A stretch of DNA of 63,846 bases, counting the filler, from Guillardia theta CCMP2712 (Eukaryota; Protista; Cryptophyta): assembly GCF_000315625.1 (NCBI RefSeq). It is 6 parts of 6 records of this genome, joined end to end, with 100 filler letters (N's around TTAATTAATTAA, not from the genome) between each part and the next. Parts side by side here need not be neighbours in the genome. Positions count along the whole stretch, not along the records: positions 26,058 to 51,210 come from NW_005434376.1; positions 51,311 to 58,679 come from NW_005434170.1; 4 more parts are not named here. One strand, 5' to 3'. Position 1 is the stretch's first letter. Each line of letters opens with the position of its first letter. Of the stretch, positions 42,330 to 53,397 are shown in pieces. A program made the position numbers and the translations under genes. The notes beneath the pieces were generated by a model. It ran no database searches. It was given only the letters and a program-made list of their open reading frames with translations, and was not told the DNA's origin.

Positions 42330-43265
42330 CTACCCACCCACACTTTTACCCACTCAACAAGAAACACCCGTGCTTCTTATTACCCCTACCTCATCCGAAA
42401 TTACCCCACCCCGATTGTTGTATATAATCAAAATGATACCCTCTAATTTATATCAGGATACCCCTACTTTGTACATCATTGAAACTTTTTTCAAAAGACT
42501 ACCCCCCAATAAATGGAGTAGTTTTTGCAAAACCCCACCCATGAACATGATTACCCACCCTAATTTCACCCCACCCTCCAGCATTGTGATACAATCCTCT
42601 TGAGCCTGGAACCCTACACCCCACCTCATCACTTCCTGTACCCTACCCACTGCATGACCTCTTGTTGAATATAACCCCTCATTCATAATTTATCACCGGT
42701 ACCCAGAAAACTATTACCCTCATTTATAAGCACAAAAGTACCGGTTATTCTATTTCAAATTTCCCACATGGTGGGTTATCTAAATTTCTTCACCCGTCAC
42801 TTGGAACCCCCTACGCACTCTTCGTTGTTAAATGTACCCCTACCCCCTTGGCGTCTCCTCATACCCCTCGACGGCCCTCGAGTAGGGAATCAACCAGACC
42901 TTTCACTACCCTACCCCCCTCATCCATAGTACCCCTGATTTAACACCCCCTACCCCCAGTAAACCCTACTTCTAACCACCCTGATCCATTCACCCCATCA
43001 AATGTTCAATTGCTTACGTACTCACCCTATGATTTACAGTCATATGACCCGGTACTTATATACATAACCCACCCCATGAAGAAAACTGGAAACACCACCT
43101 TGGTTCCCAGCCCTGAATCTGTCACCACCACCATACCACATGACCACCTACCCCCCTTCCACGGCGATTTACTTTACGTTTCAAGGGACCACCACGTGTT
43201 TTGAGCATCAACAAGGGGGTACATCATTATGGATTGGGTGGGTAGTCATGGTGGGGTAGTGAGGT
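42330..43265 (-). promoter_or_regulatory. (G)TACCCC-rich intergenic tract (GGGGTA on the minus strand)
   Basis: Dense TACCCC/ACCCAC copies on the plus strand; mirror of the pattern at 43500-43760. Confidence 0.35.
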
Positions 43266-43792
43266 AGTGACGTTCGCATTTTTTTTTCGATCGGCGCCAT
43301 GCATAGCCTCAGTAACTTGGTCATATCGGCTTCCCGGGCCCGGCCCGGCTGGTCATCCGGCGCCGGGCCCGAGCTTCGGAGTGAAGTCAGCTCAGTCATG
43401 ATTTACTACTACACCCACACGCAGAGGTCTAGCTGCTTGCTTCACTAATTTTAGTATGATAAATTAAAGTTAACTAAATAATAATAGTGGCTTAAAAATG
43501 GGTGTGGGGTGATGGATAGCTTGCAGCATGGCGAGTCCTTTTGCAAGAGGTGGCTGGGGTACTGTCACCAGTGGAACTTTGAAATGTAGGGTAGGGGTAC
43601 TTGAAATTACACAGAATCTTAATGTGGGTGCATAATGTATTGATTATTGGTGGGTACTTGCGGCTATATATGGAGGTACCAGAAAAACAATGCTTCCAAT
43701 TTATGGGTGGGGGTACTAATTTCGGGGGTACTTTCATTCAAGATGCTGGAGGTGGGGGGGGTGGGCGTCAGCCTGTTGTTCGGGGGCAGACG

Positions 43793-44765
43793 ATGGCGGG
43801 AGAGTGGCGAGTACTGGCGGTGCTCGCTACCGTCTTCCTCATCGATGGGTACAGGAGGTACACGAGTAGTCAGGCCGAGGAGAAGGAGAAGGCAGTCAGC
43901 GAGCAGGAGCTCGACCCCTCCTTCCGGTTCAAGGACCACGAAGCCAATCGCCTCCACATCCTGTATTGCCAGGCAGGGTGAGGCTACAAGAAGGCTGTAG
44001 TGGAGTACTCCAACTACCTACAGCACAGGCTCCCTGGCCTAAAGATAACTTCGGAGGAGAACGATGCTCCCGCTCATCTTCGGGCGCTTGCCTCGATGGT
44101 CAGCTATGCTCAGATGGCGGGATTTGCCGTTGCCTTCTTTGGCACGCAGATGTTTGCTGCATTGAGTATGCCTGTACCGCAATGGGCGAATTACATGCAA
44201 GAAAACAAAGGAACTGCAATCATGGGATTCTTCCTTGGCAACATGGTGATCAGTGGCCTCATCGCGGTACTCTCCCTACTCTTCCTCCCTCGCTCCCTCC
44301 ACTCCTCCATCCATTCACCTCCTCGCCCTCCTCGCCCTCCCGGATGTTCCGTGCTTCTCTTCCCCCATCCTCGCTTTCCTTTTTTCCCCTTCCTTCATCC
44401 CTCCACCTCCCCGACTCCCCCCCCCCCCCAACCTCCCTTCCCTCGTTCTCTCTGTACATCCATCCCCCTCTCCCTCCTTCGCACTCTCTTCCTTCTCCTC
44501 TCGCCTTCTCCACTGCAAAACAACCTTCTTCATTGTCACAATCCCATGCTGTTACATGACCTGCTCCACACCATTCCGTGATGGCACTAGCGATGGTGTG
44601 TCTCTCATTCTCATTCCTTCTTGGCAGACAAACGCGTTCGAGGTGTACTTGGGCGGCGAGCTTGTCCATTCCAAGATCAAGACGGGAGTCTTGCCTGACA
44701 TCCATTGGTTGGTCAAGGAGCTTGTATCAAGAAATCCTGCTCTTGATCAAGCTGTTCCGAAATGA
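43793..44765 (+). CDS. SELENOT: Selenoprotein T-like (Rdx family), Sec at in-frame TGA 43979-43981; intron 44267-44627; about 203 aa
   Basis: Signal peptide, LYCQAG-U-GYKK, in-frame continuation past the TGA, hydrophobic middle, FFLGNM, TNAFEVYLGGELVHSKIKTGVLP; SECIS downstream. Confidence 0.93.
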
Positions 44766-44786
44766 GCGAGACGATGTGGAAGATTG

Positions 44787-44852
44787 CACCGGCAATGACG
44801 AGAATGGGCGAAAACCTTGAGGGGCCCGTTTTCTGAGACTGACTTCGCGGTG
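44787..44852 (+). promoter_or_regulatory. Eukaryotic type II SECIS element
   Basis: ATGAC (44795) / TGAG core; helix GAGAATGGGC pairs with GCCCGTTTTC; unpaired AAAA then mini-stem CCT-TG-AGG; lower helix CACCG/CGGTG. Confidence 0.92.
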
Positions 44853-44934
44853 GAAGCTTTTACTGACACCTTGCTCATTCCATAAGAATGAAGAAAGAGA
44901 AATCAATGAGCATGTCGGGGTGCGAGCAGCAGTG

Positions 44935-45831
44935 CTAGCTACGATGGAAGAACACGTCCCTGAAGTTTGCGACGATGCTCCCCTTGCTGTAATCCTTAAT
45001 CTCCTCCTCGCTCTTCTTCACTCCGAGCAACGGTGCCACTCTGTTCCTGTAGAACTCGATGGTCGTCTGGTTCGTGGCGATCAGCAGCAGGTGCCATCCG
45101 CCCAGGATGCACATGAAGAGGAAAATGCAGAGGGCAGGGAGGAATATGAACGATCGCTTCCCCATTTCTATACACTTGTCCAGCTCCAACGGAGTGAGCT
45201 TTTCCACCCCGTACAGGTACCCCGTCCACACGCAAACACTGAAGGAGGAAAAGCTGATCGCGCTGCCGTACCCGCTCCCCAGCCAAACTCCAGCTAACCA
45301 GAGAAAGAAGTAGCCATGGTTGCGCAGCCCGACACAGCAGTTGGTGAAGGGGCAGTGGTGGTCCATCCTCAGGACGCAGTGTCCGCACACCGAGCAATGG
45401 TGTGATCGCTCCGGTCGAACGAGCTTGCAAGTCTTGCAGAGTCTCCCGTGCGGCTCATCGCTGTTCCCCTTGACAACATAGCCAGGGCTAACCAGGAGCG
45501 TCAGCCCGTACATGCACTCGACGGCGACGAACAGCAGCGAGCACATGCTGATCTCTACCCACCACCGCGTGCTGTACGCCTCGACGTCGAGGAAGCGGAG
45601 CATGTCGCCCTGGAAGTAGAGAGCGAACGCTGGGATGGCGATGCTCAGCGATACGAGGATGCGGGAAACAACCGTGTTGGTGAAGGAACGGACCTGCCTT
45701 GACAGCCTGCGGACATTGGAGGTGACGAGGGAGTCTGGAAGGAACAAGACCAAGAGGTTGGCGAGGAGGTCAGGAATGAGCGGGAGCATGGCGAGGCCCA
45801 CGGTGAAGATGGCGATGTCGACGATGTCCAT
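44935..45831 (-). CDS. DHHC palmitoyltransferase
   Basis: CKTCKLVRPERSHHCSVCGHCVLRMDHHCPFTNCCVGLRNHGYFF, NQTTIE, YSKG..ANF; TM helices; first in-frame ATG at 45831. Confidence 0.93.
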   Translation of the reverse strand: MDIVDIAIFTVGLAMLPLIPDLLANLLVLFLPDSLVTSNVRRLSRQVRSFTNTVVSRILVSLSIAIPAFALYFQGDMLRFLDVEAYSTRWWVEISMCSLLFVAVECMYGLTLLVSPGYVVKGNSDEPHGRLCKTCKLVRPERSHHCSVCGHCVLRMDHHCPFTNCCVGLRNHGYFFLWLAGVWLGSGYGSAISFSSFSVCVWTGYLYGVEKLTPLELDKCIEMGKRSFIFLPALCIFLFMCILGGWHLLLIATNQTTIEFYRNRVAPLLGVKKSEEEIKDYSKGSIVANFRDVFFHRS

Positions 45832-45967
45832 CCTTGAGATCGGGGGCAAGGGGATGGAGAATTCTGCGAGGTGGGGAACGGTGTGGGGGACTGTGGATGG
45901 AGCAGGGGCAGGAGCAGGGGCAGGAGCAGGGGCAGGAGCAGGGGCAGGAGCAGGGGCAGGAGCAGGG

Positions 45968-46013
<46 letters not shown>

Positions 46014-46316
46014 AAGGACACCTTTGAAGTGCCTAGATGATACAGGCGAACGGATCCAAGGAAGGCTGACAGACAATGGGCTCTCGTGGCGCCTTGAAAG
46101 TTTCCTCCTCCCGGTCTTCGCACAACTCCTCCTCTCCCAGAGTTTGTCCCCCTTCCTCAGTCTTCCTCCTGCTCCTGTTCCTCCCTTCCCTCCTTGTCCT
46201 ACTTTCCTCCGAAACTACCCCACCCCAAATTGAAAATCTTAACCTCGAAGACCCACTTAAATGATCCTCACAGTACCGGTACACCAATCACCCTACCTCC
46301 TCCATCCGATCCCGCA

Positions 46317-48011
46317 ATGGCGTGGGAGCGCGACATTCAGATCGAAAGCGACGCATGGCGGGGGAGGCCCCTGACGACGACAGGAGGGAGGGTATGGGAT
46401 GCTGCTCACCGCATGGCAGACTTCCTCGAGGCCATGCAGGAAGAGCTCGGCCTCTCTCGCCCTGGCATGCAGATCCTGGAGCTCGGCGCAGGATGCGGCT
46501 GGCTGGGAATGACAATAGCACGATCTCACCCGGGAGCGCGGGTGTGTCTGACCGAGATGGAGCACGGAGGAGCTCTCGAGCATCTCCAACACAACGTCCA
46601 GCTGAACCAGAAGGACGGAAAGCTGGGAAATGTCGAGACCTGCGCATGCGATTGGTCGCATTGGGTAGTGAGCGGGGAAGGGGAGGACGAGAAAGGTTGT
46701 ACCTACTGCGCCTGCTGCTCCTGCCGATGTTCCCCCTCATCCTGATCCCGCTCTTTTGCCTGATCCCTCTTCTGCTCAACTCCTCCCGCTTCCACTCTTG
46801 CTCGTTGGTGCTGGGGGGGTAGATGCTCCTGCTCTCTTGTTCCTGCTCATCTGCCCCTGATCCTGATCCTGATCCCGACACTGCACATATTCTGTCCCTA
46901 CTCCTACTCCTACTGCTTCTTTTGTTTCACTTGATGCTACAGCCAGTTGCCACAGACCACCACCAATACCACCTCCTCCTCCTCCCTGCTCCTCTTCCTG
47001 CTCCACCATCTCCACCTCCACCTCCACCACCACCACCACCTCCTCCTCCTCCTCCTCCTCACCTTCTTCATCATCCTTCTCCTCCTGTTATGACTTGAAG
47101 GGAAGGGAAGCGATCGGAGATGGCACCACTGCTCGAGACGCGATGGGATCTGATCATAGGCAGCGACCTCGTCTACAACGAGATCGGCGTACAATGGTTG
47201 CCAAAGGTAAGGAGGACGAGGACGAGGACGAGGAGGAAGAGGAGATAGAGGGAAAGGGAAGACGAGGAGTCGAAGACGAGGTCGAGGTCGAGGACGAGGA
47301 TGAGAGTTTACTTGAGTGAGGAATGAGGAAAGGTGGAAAGAAACAAGCTGATTGATGGAACATGAGGTCAGCAGAGCCGACCCAAGGACAGCGCAAGACA
47401 GGACAGGGCAGGACAGCACAGCACAGCACAGCACAGCACAGCACAGCACAGCACAGCACAGCACAGCACAGCACAGCACAGCACAGCACAGCACAGCACA
47501 GCACAGGGCAGGGCAGGGCAGGACTGGGCAGGGCAGGACAGAACAGGACAGGGCAGGATTTGAGCTCTGTCTTGCAGGTTCTCAAGGGTCTGCTAGGAAA
47601 GGGAACTATCGCCTTGTACTCTCATACGAAGCATCGGCTGGACATGGCGGATCAAGAATTTTTCGCGGAGCTAACAGCCAACGAGCTGATATTCACTGAG
47701 GTGCTCCTGCTCCTCCTACTCTCCAACTCCTCTCCCTCACCCCCTCACCCCCCTCCAGGCTCCCCCTCCCCATCTCTCTTCCCTCCCCTCCCCGCCGGGC
47801 CGCTCCCCTGTTTCTCTTCCCCCTCCCCCACAACGTCCTCACTTCTCCCTTCAAGGTGCATGAGCCAGGAGTCCCCTCCCCTCCTCCTTCCCCTCCCTTC
47901 TTCGAGTCGCTCTTCCCGGACATGCGCATCGCTATCCTGAGGATCGAGCGCTGCCAGGATGACGTCAAACTCCCCAAGTTTGAGATGCCAAAGTTAGCAG
48001 GAGCCGCCTAG
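46317..48011 (+). CDS. METTL21-like (family 16) SAM-dependent lysine methyltransferase, 4 exons
   Basis: TGGRVWDAA, ILELGAGCGWLG, LTE, CDW, WDLIIGSDLVY; ends ...KLAGAA*. Confidence 0.88.
47416..47506. repeat. (GCACA)n intronic pentanucleotide microsatellite
   Basis: Directly visible, flanked by GGACA/GGGCA variants. Confidence 0.95.
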
Positions 48012-49221
48012 CCCGCGCCTACAGTAGGTTCTAGTAGATCCAATGATCCTCCTGACTCCGATGATATCATGACTCGGAGTTCTGGAGCCGCGAAGTTAGG
48101 CATCAGTCTGGCTGCCTACTGTCAGCAGGCCGCCTGCCGGGAGTCCCAGCTGAGGCTGCTAGTATAGAGCAGACTGATGCAAGTTGGGGAATTTTGCATA
48201 TGTGATCAATTCTCAACCAACAGCTAGAAATCACACTGCTGTTGTGAACAACTCGAGTCCACACTGACAGGAGTTAGACTCGCCAAGTTTCCGACTCGGT
48301 TCGTCTACTATAAAGTAGCGCTATGTGAGAAAACATGACTGAGTGACTGTCGGACAGAATGATAGTATACAATCACTGAAACTGTCAGTGTGCGTTTGCA
48401 CTGATTGTTACTTTGGATACACATGTAACCCACGCCCTGAACTGAGTCGGAATCGGAAGTTGAACAGCCTGATGTCACTACCGTGATCAGTGCCACGGTG
48501 CTGACTCAGCCAGTGTACTAGCGGCTCGCTGCCTCAGTGTAGCCTGAGCCTCACCACATCGGACCGTAAACCGGGGCGTCCTTCCTTGACTCTCATCATG
48601 GCATCGGCCCGCCGCGGGATCCGCTACTACTGAGCCGCCGGGGCGGAGCCTCGGAGCCCAGGCTGACGGTCCAAACTTCCGAAGTTCTGAAGACGGTGGC
48701 CGTTCGCCGTCCGTCGGGGCTTCGGAACTTGAACGGGGGGCCCGTTAGTGACTGCAGCCCGGACGGTACCCGGCGTAGTACCGTGCCGTACTACCCCTGG
48801 TATTTCAATATTTCGAGAGTCGGATGACCGTACTCCGAGGCTGCGCCCGCCGCCCGGGCCGGGCCGGCCGCGTGCGCCGCCGGGCCAGCCTGAGCCGGGC
48901 GGCCCGGCCGGGCGCCAGCTCTGGACGGCACCGTCGGTCACTCAAACTTTCACATGATCCGGCGTGACCCCTAGTAGTAGGTTTTACTCAAAGTTAAGTA
49001 TTAGGTAGTAGGGCCTCCCTGCCCCCCGATGGAACTTCCGAACTTGCAGCCTCCACGTAAAATGCTGACTTGGTGGGGTGGGTACAAGAGCTGACGGGTA
49101 ATGGGGTACTTGTTGTTCCACCGAAAGGGTACTTTTAGAGAAGATATGAGGGGTGTCAAAGAACATACACGGGTACAACAGAAGAGTGTTCCGAGGCAGG
49201 TAGGGTGGGGTAGTGATACAA

Positions 49222-50777
49222 ATGGTTCGTTGTTGCCGATTGTGTGCGGTGGTGATGGCGGGGGTGACAGTGGGCATGGTGGTAACGACGAGGATGGGGA
49301 TGAGAGGAGAAGTTGGAGATGTGCAGACCGAGACGAAGAGAGAGGAACAAGGTATGTGCGAGATGTCGCTCCGTGGAGATCCTGGCATGATTTGATGATA
49401 GGTTGGTGGGTGTGGCAGGGAGGGCAGGTGAAGAACGGGACGCAAGGGCAGGAGAACATTACGGTGAAGGGTCAAGCAAAGATGCAAGAGGGGAAGATGG
49501 CAAGGACTCAGAACAATGCTTCAGGCTATCAGGAGATGAATTCATCAGCAGGCAACTTGGCTTTCAATGGTTCCGCGAAGAATTTGTCATCTCATGCTTA
49601 CGGGTGCGGAAACAGATCGATCAGCTCGCCTGTTCTGCTTTTTCCTCCTGGAGCATACGGAAATGGTTCGTCTCCTTCCTCTCCAAATTCCTCTTTCACA
49701 GCGAGGATTCATCCGACGCGAGGGAATAAGACTGCTTCTGCCATCGCTGCTCAGAAACGAGCCCCCATCCAAGATCGAAAAGGAGGAGAGGTACCCTGGC
49801 ACAAACTTGTACGGCAGAAACGGCATGCTTTCTATCGCCCCTCTCCTCTTCCTTCTCCTCGTCCCCCCTCAGCCGCCCCTCCTCCCTCCCCCTCGCCCCC
49901 GACCCCCCTTCTACCAACCCCTGACTCCACGTCCTCTCCGGACCCTTGCTCTCCTTCCCGCTGCCAAGTGATCCTTCGCTCTACCCTGCATGTGCCATGC
50001 TGCAAGACGACGGCAACTCATGTGTGGCCATTGATCGTTAGCAGCACGCCCAGGAGCGGCACTACAGCGACCAAGCGGCTGCTACAAACGCTGGGGATTG
50101 ACGTACATGACGATTGGGGAGATCCTAGCAAGGACGGCATAGTCAGCTGGATTCATATCTTCAGTGAGCACGACAGGCTCGGGTTAGAGGGAGGAGGAGG
50201 AGGAGGAGGAGGAGGAGGAGGAGGAGGAGGAGGAGGAGGATACTTCGGGCCAGGGAAGCTGAGGGGAGGAAGGTTCAGGGTTGCGTTTCACCTCGTCCGG
50301 GATCCTCTGTCCTCGCTTACGTCGCTGATCTGCACGGAGCCTCTCTTCCGACCGGACTACTGGAGCTACATCACGAGGCATGTGAGGCTAGAGGAAGAGA
50401 CGAGGAGGAAGGGGGACAAGATCAAGGCAGGGATGTCCATGTACTTGCAGTGGCACGAGTTCTTGGACGCTCTTGGTATCCCTAGGATCAGGCTAGAGGA
50501 CGTGTTCAGGGAGGAGGGAGGATACGAGGTGGTAGCCAGCATCTTCGGGAGCCTTGGGAGGAAGGTGCCGGACCAGCCGCAGTTCGTAAGGAGGCTGGCG
50601 GAGGCGAAGAGGACCAGAGTGAACGCTCGGGCGCACAGGAAGAAGTTCAGCTGGAGCGAGCTGTTTGCTGTGGACGAGGATCTGACCATGCGGATCTGGG
50701 AGATGGCGAGAAAGTATGGGTACGGGTATGGGGAGAGGCCTGGGAGTCAGCCGGTTCGGCATGTTGTACAGTGTTAA
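49222..50777 (+). CDS. Type II membrane sulfotransferase-fold protein
   Basis: Signal-anchor exon from ATG 49222; 51-bp intron 49351-49401 splices in frame to the long ORF; STPRSGTT (5'-PSB-like) and HLVRDPL...S (3'-PB-like); Pro-rich stem. Confidence 0.75.
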
Positions 50778-51379
50778 AGGAGGAGGAGGAGGAGGAGGAG
50801 GAGGAGGAGGAGGAGGGGTGAAAACGATAATGATGACGCTGATATTCTTTGCAAACAAGGTGTTCAAACACACTGAACAACGACACAACAAAGATACTGG
50901 AGGTGGATGTACTAGTAAGTTAGAAGTAACAATCGACTTTCTCAAGCACGTAATCGGTATCACTGTCACCCGAGCAGCTGTTTCCTGAGGTGAAGAATAA
51001 GAGGAGGCGAGAAGAGAAACGAGCAGATCATGAAGGTTGGAAGGAGAGGAGGGAGATGGAGATGAAGATGGAGAAGGGGTGGAGAACGGAGGGGTGGATC
51101 ATACAGTGACGGAAAGGGAAGGAGGAGGAGAGGGAGAAGGAGAAGAGGGACGTAGGAGCGGAGGATGGGGAGGAGAGGGGAGGGGGAGGGGGCAGGAGCA
51201 GGTCGTTACCNNNNNNNNNNNNNNNNNNNNNNNNNNNNNNNNNNNNNNNNNNNNTTAATTAATTAANNNNNNNNNNNNNNNNNNNNNNNNNNNNNNNNNN
51301 NNNNNNNNNNTTTACACCGGCTATGTACCAGCAGACTCGCTGATGCAGGAAGTTGTAACTGTGAAGGGCTGCCAGACAC

Positions 51380-51549
51380 AAGATGAACAATGTAGCCACA
51401 AGAGAAGAAGGCTAGATTGTTGTGAAGATGAACAATGTCGCCACAGGAGAAGAAGGCTAGATTGTGAAGATGAACAATGTCGCCACAAGAGAAGAAGGCT
51501 AGATTGTGAAGATGAACAATGTAGCCACAAGAAAAGAAGGCTAGATTCT
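51380..51549 (+). repeat. 42-bp tandem repeat, 4 copies, reading EDEQCRHKRRRLDC
   Basis: Lies within ORF 51343-51573; the first unit is 45 bp. Confidence 0.9.
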
Positions 51550-51778
51550 GAGGAGTTTACTAGAGACTTGTAAGAATGAATATCCAAACATTGATCAAGC
51601 AATAAGCTTGTATTCAGGGTGCACAGTTAGTAAAATATACCCCCTGGATCCTTGTTGTTTAATCTCTCCAATCGTCTCCAGACATGCAACCAGATAAGCA
51701 ACCATATGAGCAACCATATGAGCAACCATATGAGGCTGCACAGTCAGTAAGATGTACCCCTGTCTGGGTTCTCGTTGA

Positions 51779-52387
51779 CTACAACCATGCGTTTCTAGAC
51801 TTGCAGCCATATGAGCAATATTCCTCATCATATCCATTGCACAGTTTGTATACCATTCCACAATCCCAGCATGACAACTCGAGCTCCTCTTCACATCTCT
51901 TGCAGTGTCGCTCCTTTATCAAGCGTCCATCGCGACATACTGCGGTTTCCATCGCGTCGAGGTGCTCAAACACATCATCACATGTAGAGCATCTCCATAC
52001 AAAATAATTATCTGTGCAGGTCTTGCAGGCAGACAATCTATTGCACTCTTCAGAAGGTGTCCAAGAGCAGCACATCTCGCACATAAAGTTGGCATTGTTG
52101 AATTCCTCGATCTCTGACTTGCATAACTCCATGTACCTATCAAAGATGATGTCCTTGACATCACTCAAGCAAGAGTTCTCAAGATTGATCCTGTTGAACT
52201 TCACAATCAAAGGATTCATTGCCGTTTTTTCCACATCAGACATCCACCTTGTCATTTCTTGATCAGATATCTTGAAATGATTGCAATCTATCCTCAGATC
52301 CCCTTGGTCCTCTCCCTTGTAGAAAGCCACCCGCCTCAGACCATCAGTACCAAATGCACAAAAGGCAGCAACAACACTTACCCGCAA
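51779..52387 (-). CDS. Cys-rich hypothetical protein with multiple CxxC pairs
   Basis: CEMC, CKTC, CSTC, CKRC, CWDC, YCSYGC in a 202-aa non-repetitive ORF; true start uncertain. Confidence 0.55.
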   Translation of the reverse strand: MRVSVVAAFCAFGTDGLRRVAFYKGEDQGDLRIDCNHFKISDQEMTRWMSDVEKTAMNPLIVKFNRINLENSCLSDVKDIIFDRYMELCKSEIEEFNNANFMCEMCCSWTPSEECNRLSACKTCTDNYFVWRCSTCDDVFEHLDAMETAVCRDGRLIKERHCKRCEEELELSCWDCGMVYKLCNGYDEEYCSYGCKSRNAWL

Positions 52388-53397
52388 GTTACCATCTCAC
52401 ACAAAAGGCAGCAACAAGACTTATTCTTCTTCTTTTTAGTTTTACACTTCCCCCGTAGCCGCTGGTAGGATTAGCTTTTCTTTTTTGGACCACCCCTCCT
52501 CCCTCCTCTCCCCTCCTCGTACCACCCCCTACCCGTGTCTAGACCGGCCTCGCATCCCCTGTCCATGTCTGCACGTACCNNNNNNNNNNNNNNNNNNNNN
52601 NNNNNNNNNNNNNNNNNNNNNNNNNNNNNNNNNNNNNNNNNNNNNNNNNNNNNNNNNNNNNNNNNNNNNNNNNNNNNNNNNNNNNNNNNNNNNNNNNNNN
52701 NNNNNNNNNNNNNNNNNNNNNNNNNNNNNNNNNNNNNNNNNNNNNNNNNNNNNNNNNNNNNNNNNNNNNNNNNNNNNNNNNNNNNNNNNNNNNNNNNNNN
52801 NNNNNNNNNNNNNNNNNNNNNNNNNNNNNNNNNNNNNNNNNNNNNNNNNNNNNNNNNNNNNNNNNNNNNNNNNNNNNNNNNNNNNNNNNNNNNNNNNNNN
52901 NNNNNNNNNNNNNNNNNNNNNNNNNNNNNNNNNNNNNNNNNNNNNNNNNNNNNNNNNNNNNNNNNNNNNNNNNNNNNNNNNNNNNNNNNNNNNNNNNNNN
53001 NNNNNNNNNNNNNNNNNNNNNNNNNNNNNNNNNNNNNNNNNNNNNNNNNNNNNNNNNNNNNNNNNNNNNNNNNNNNNNNNNNNNNNNNNNNNNNNNNNNN
53101 NNNNNNNNNNNNNNNNNNNNNNNNNNNNNNNNNNNNNNNNNNNNNNNNNNNNNNNNNNNNNNNNNNNNNNNNNNNNNNNNNNNNNNNNNNNNNNNNNNNN
53201 NNNNNNNNNNNNNNNNNNNNNNNNNNNNNNNNNNNNNNNNNNNNNNNNNNNNNNNNNNNNNNNNNNNNNNNNNNNNNNNNNNNNNNNNNNNNNNNNNNNN
53301 NNNNNNNNNNNNNNNNNNNNNNNNNNNNNNNNNNNNNNNNNNNNNNNNNNNNNNNNNNNNNNNNNNNNNNNNNNNNNNNNNNNNNNNNNNNNNNNNN

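Noticed and set aside
30940-45831. Apparent ER-membrane gene cluster (CCDC47, cytochrome b5, SelT, DHHC)
   Set aside because: Mixed strands, interrupted by unrelated genes, no evidence of co-regulation
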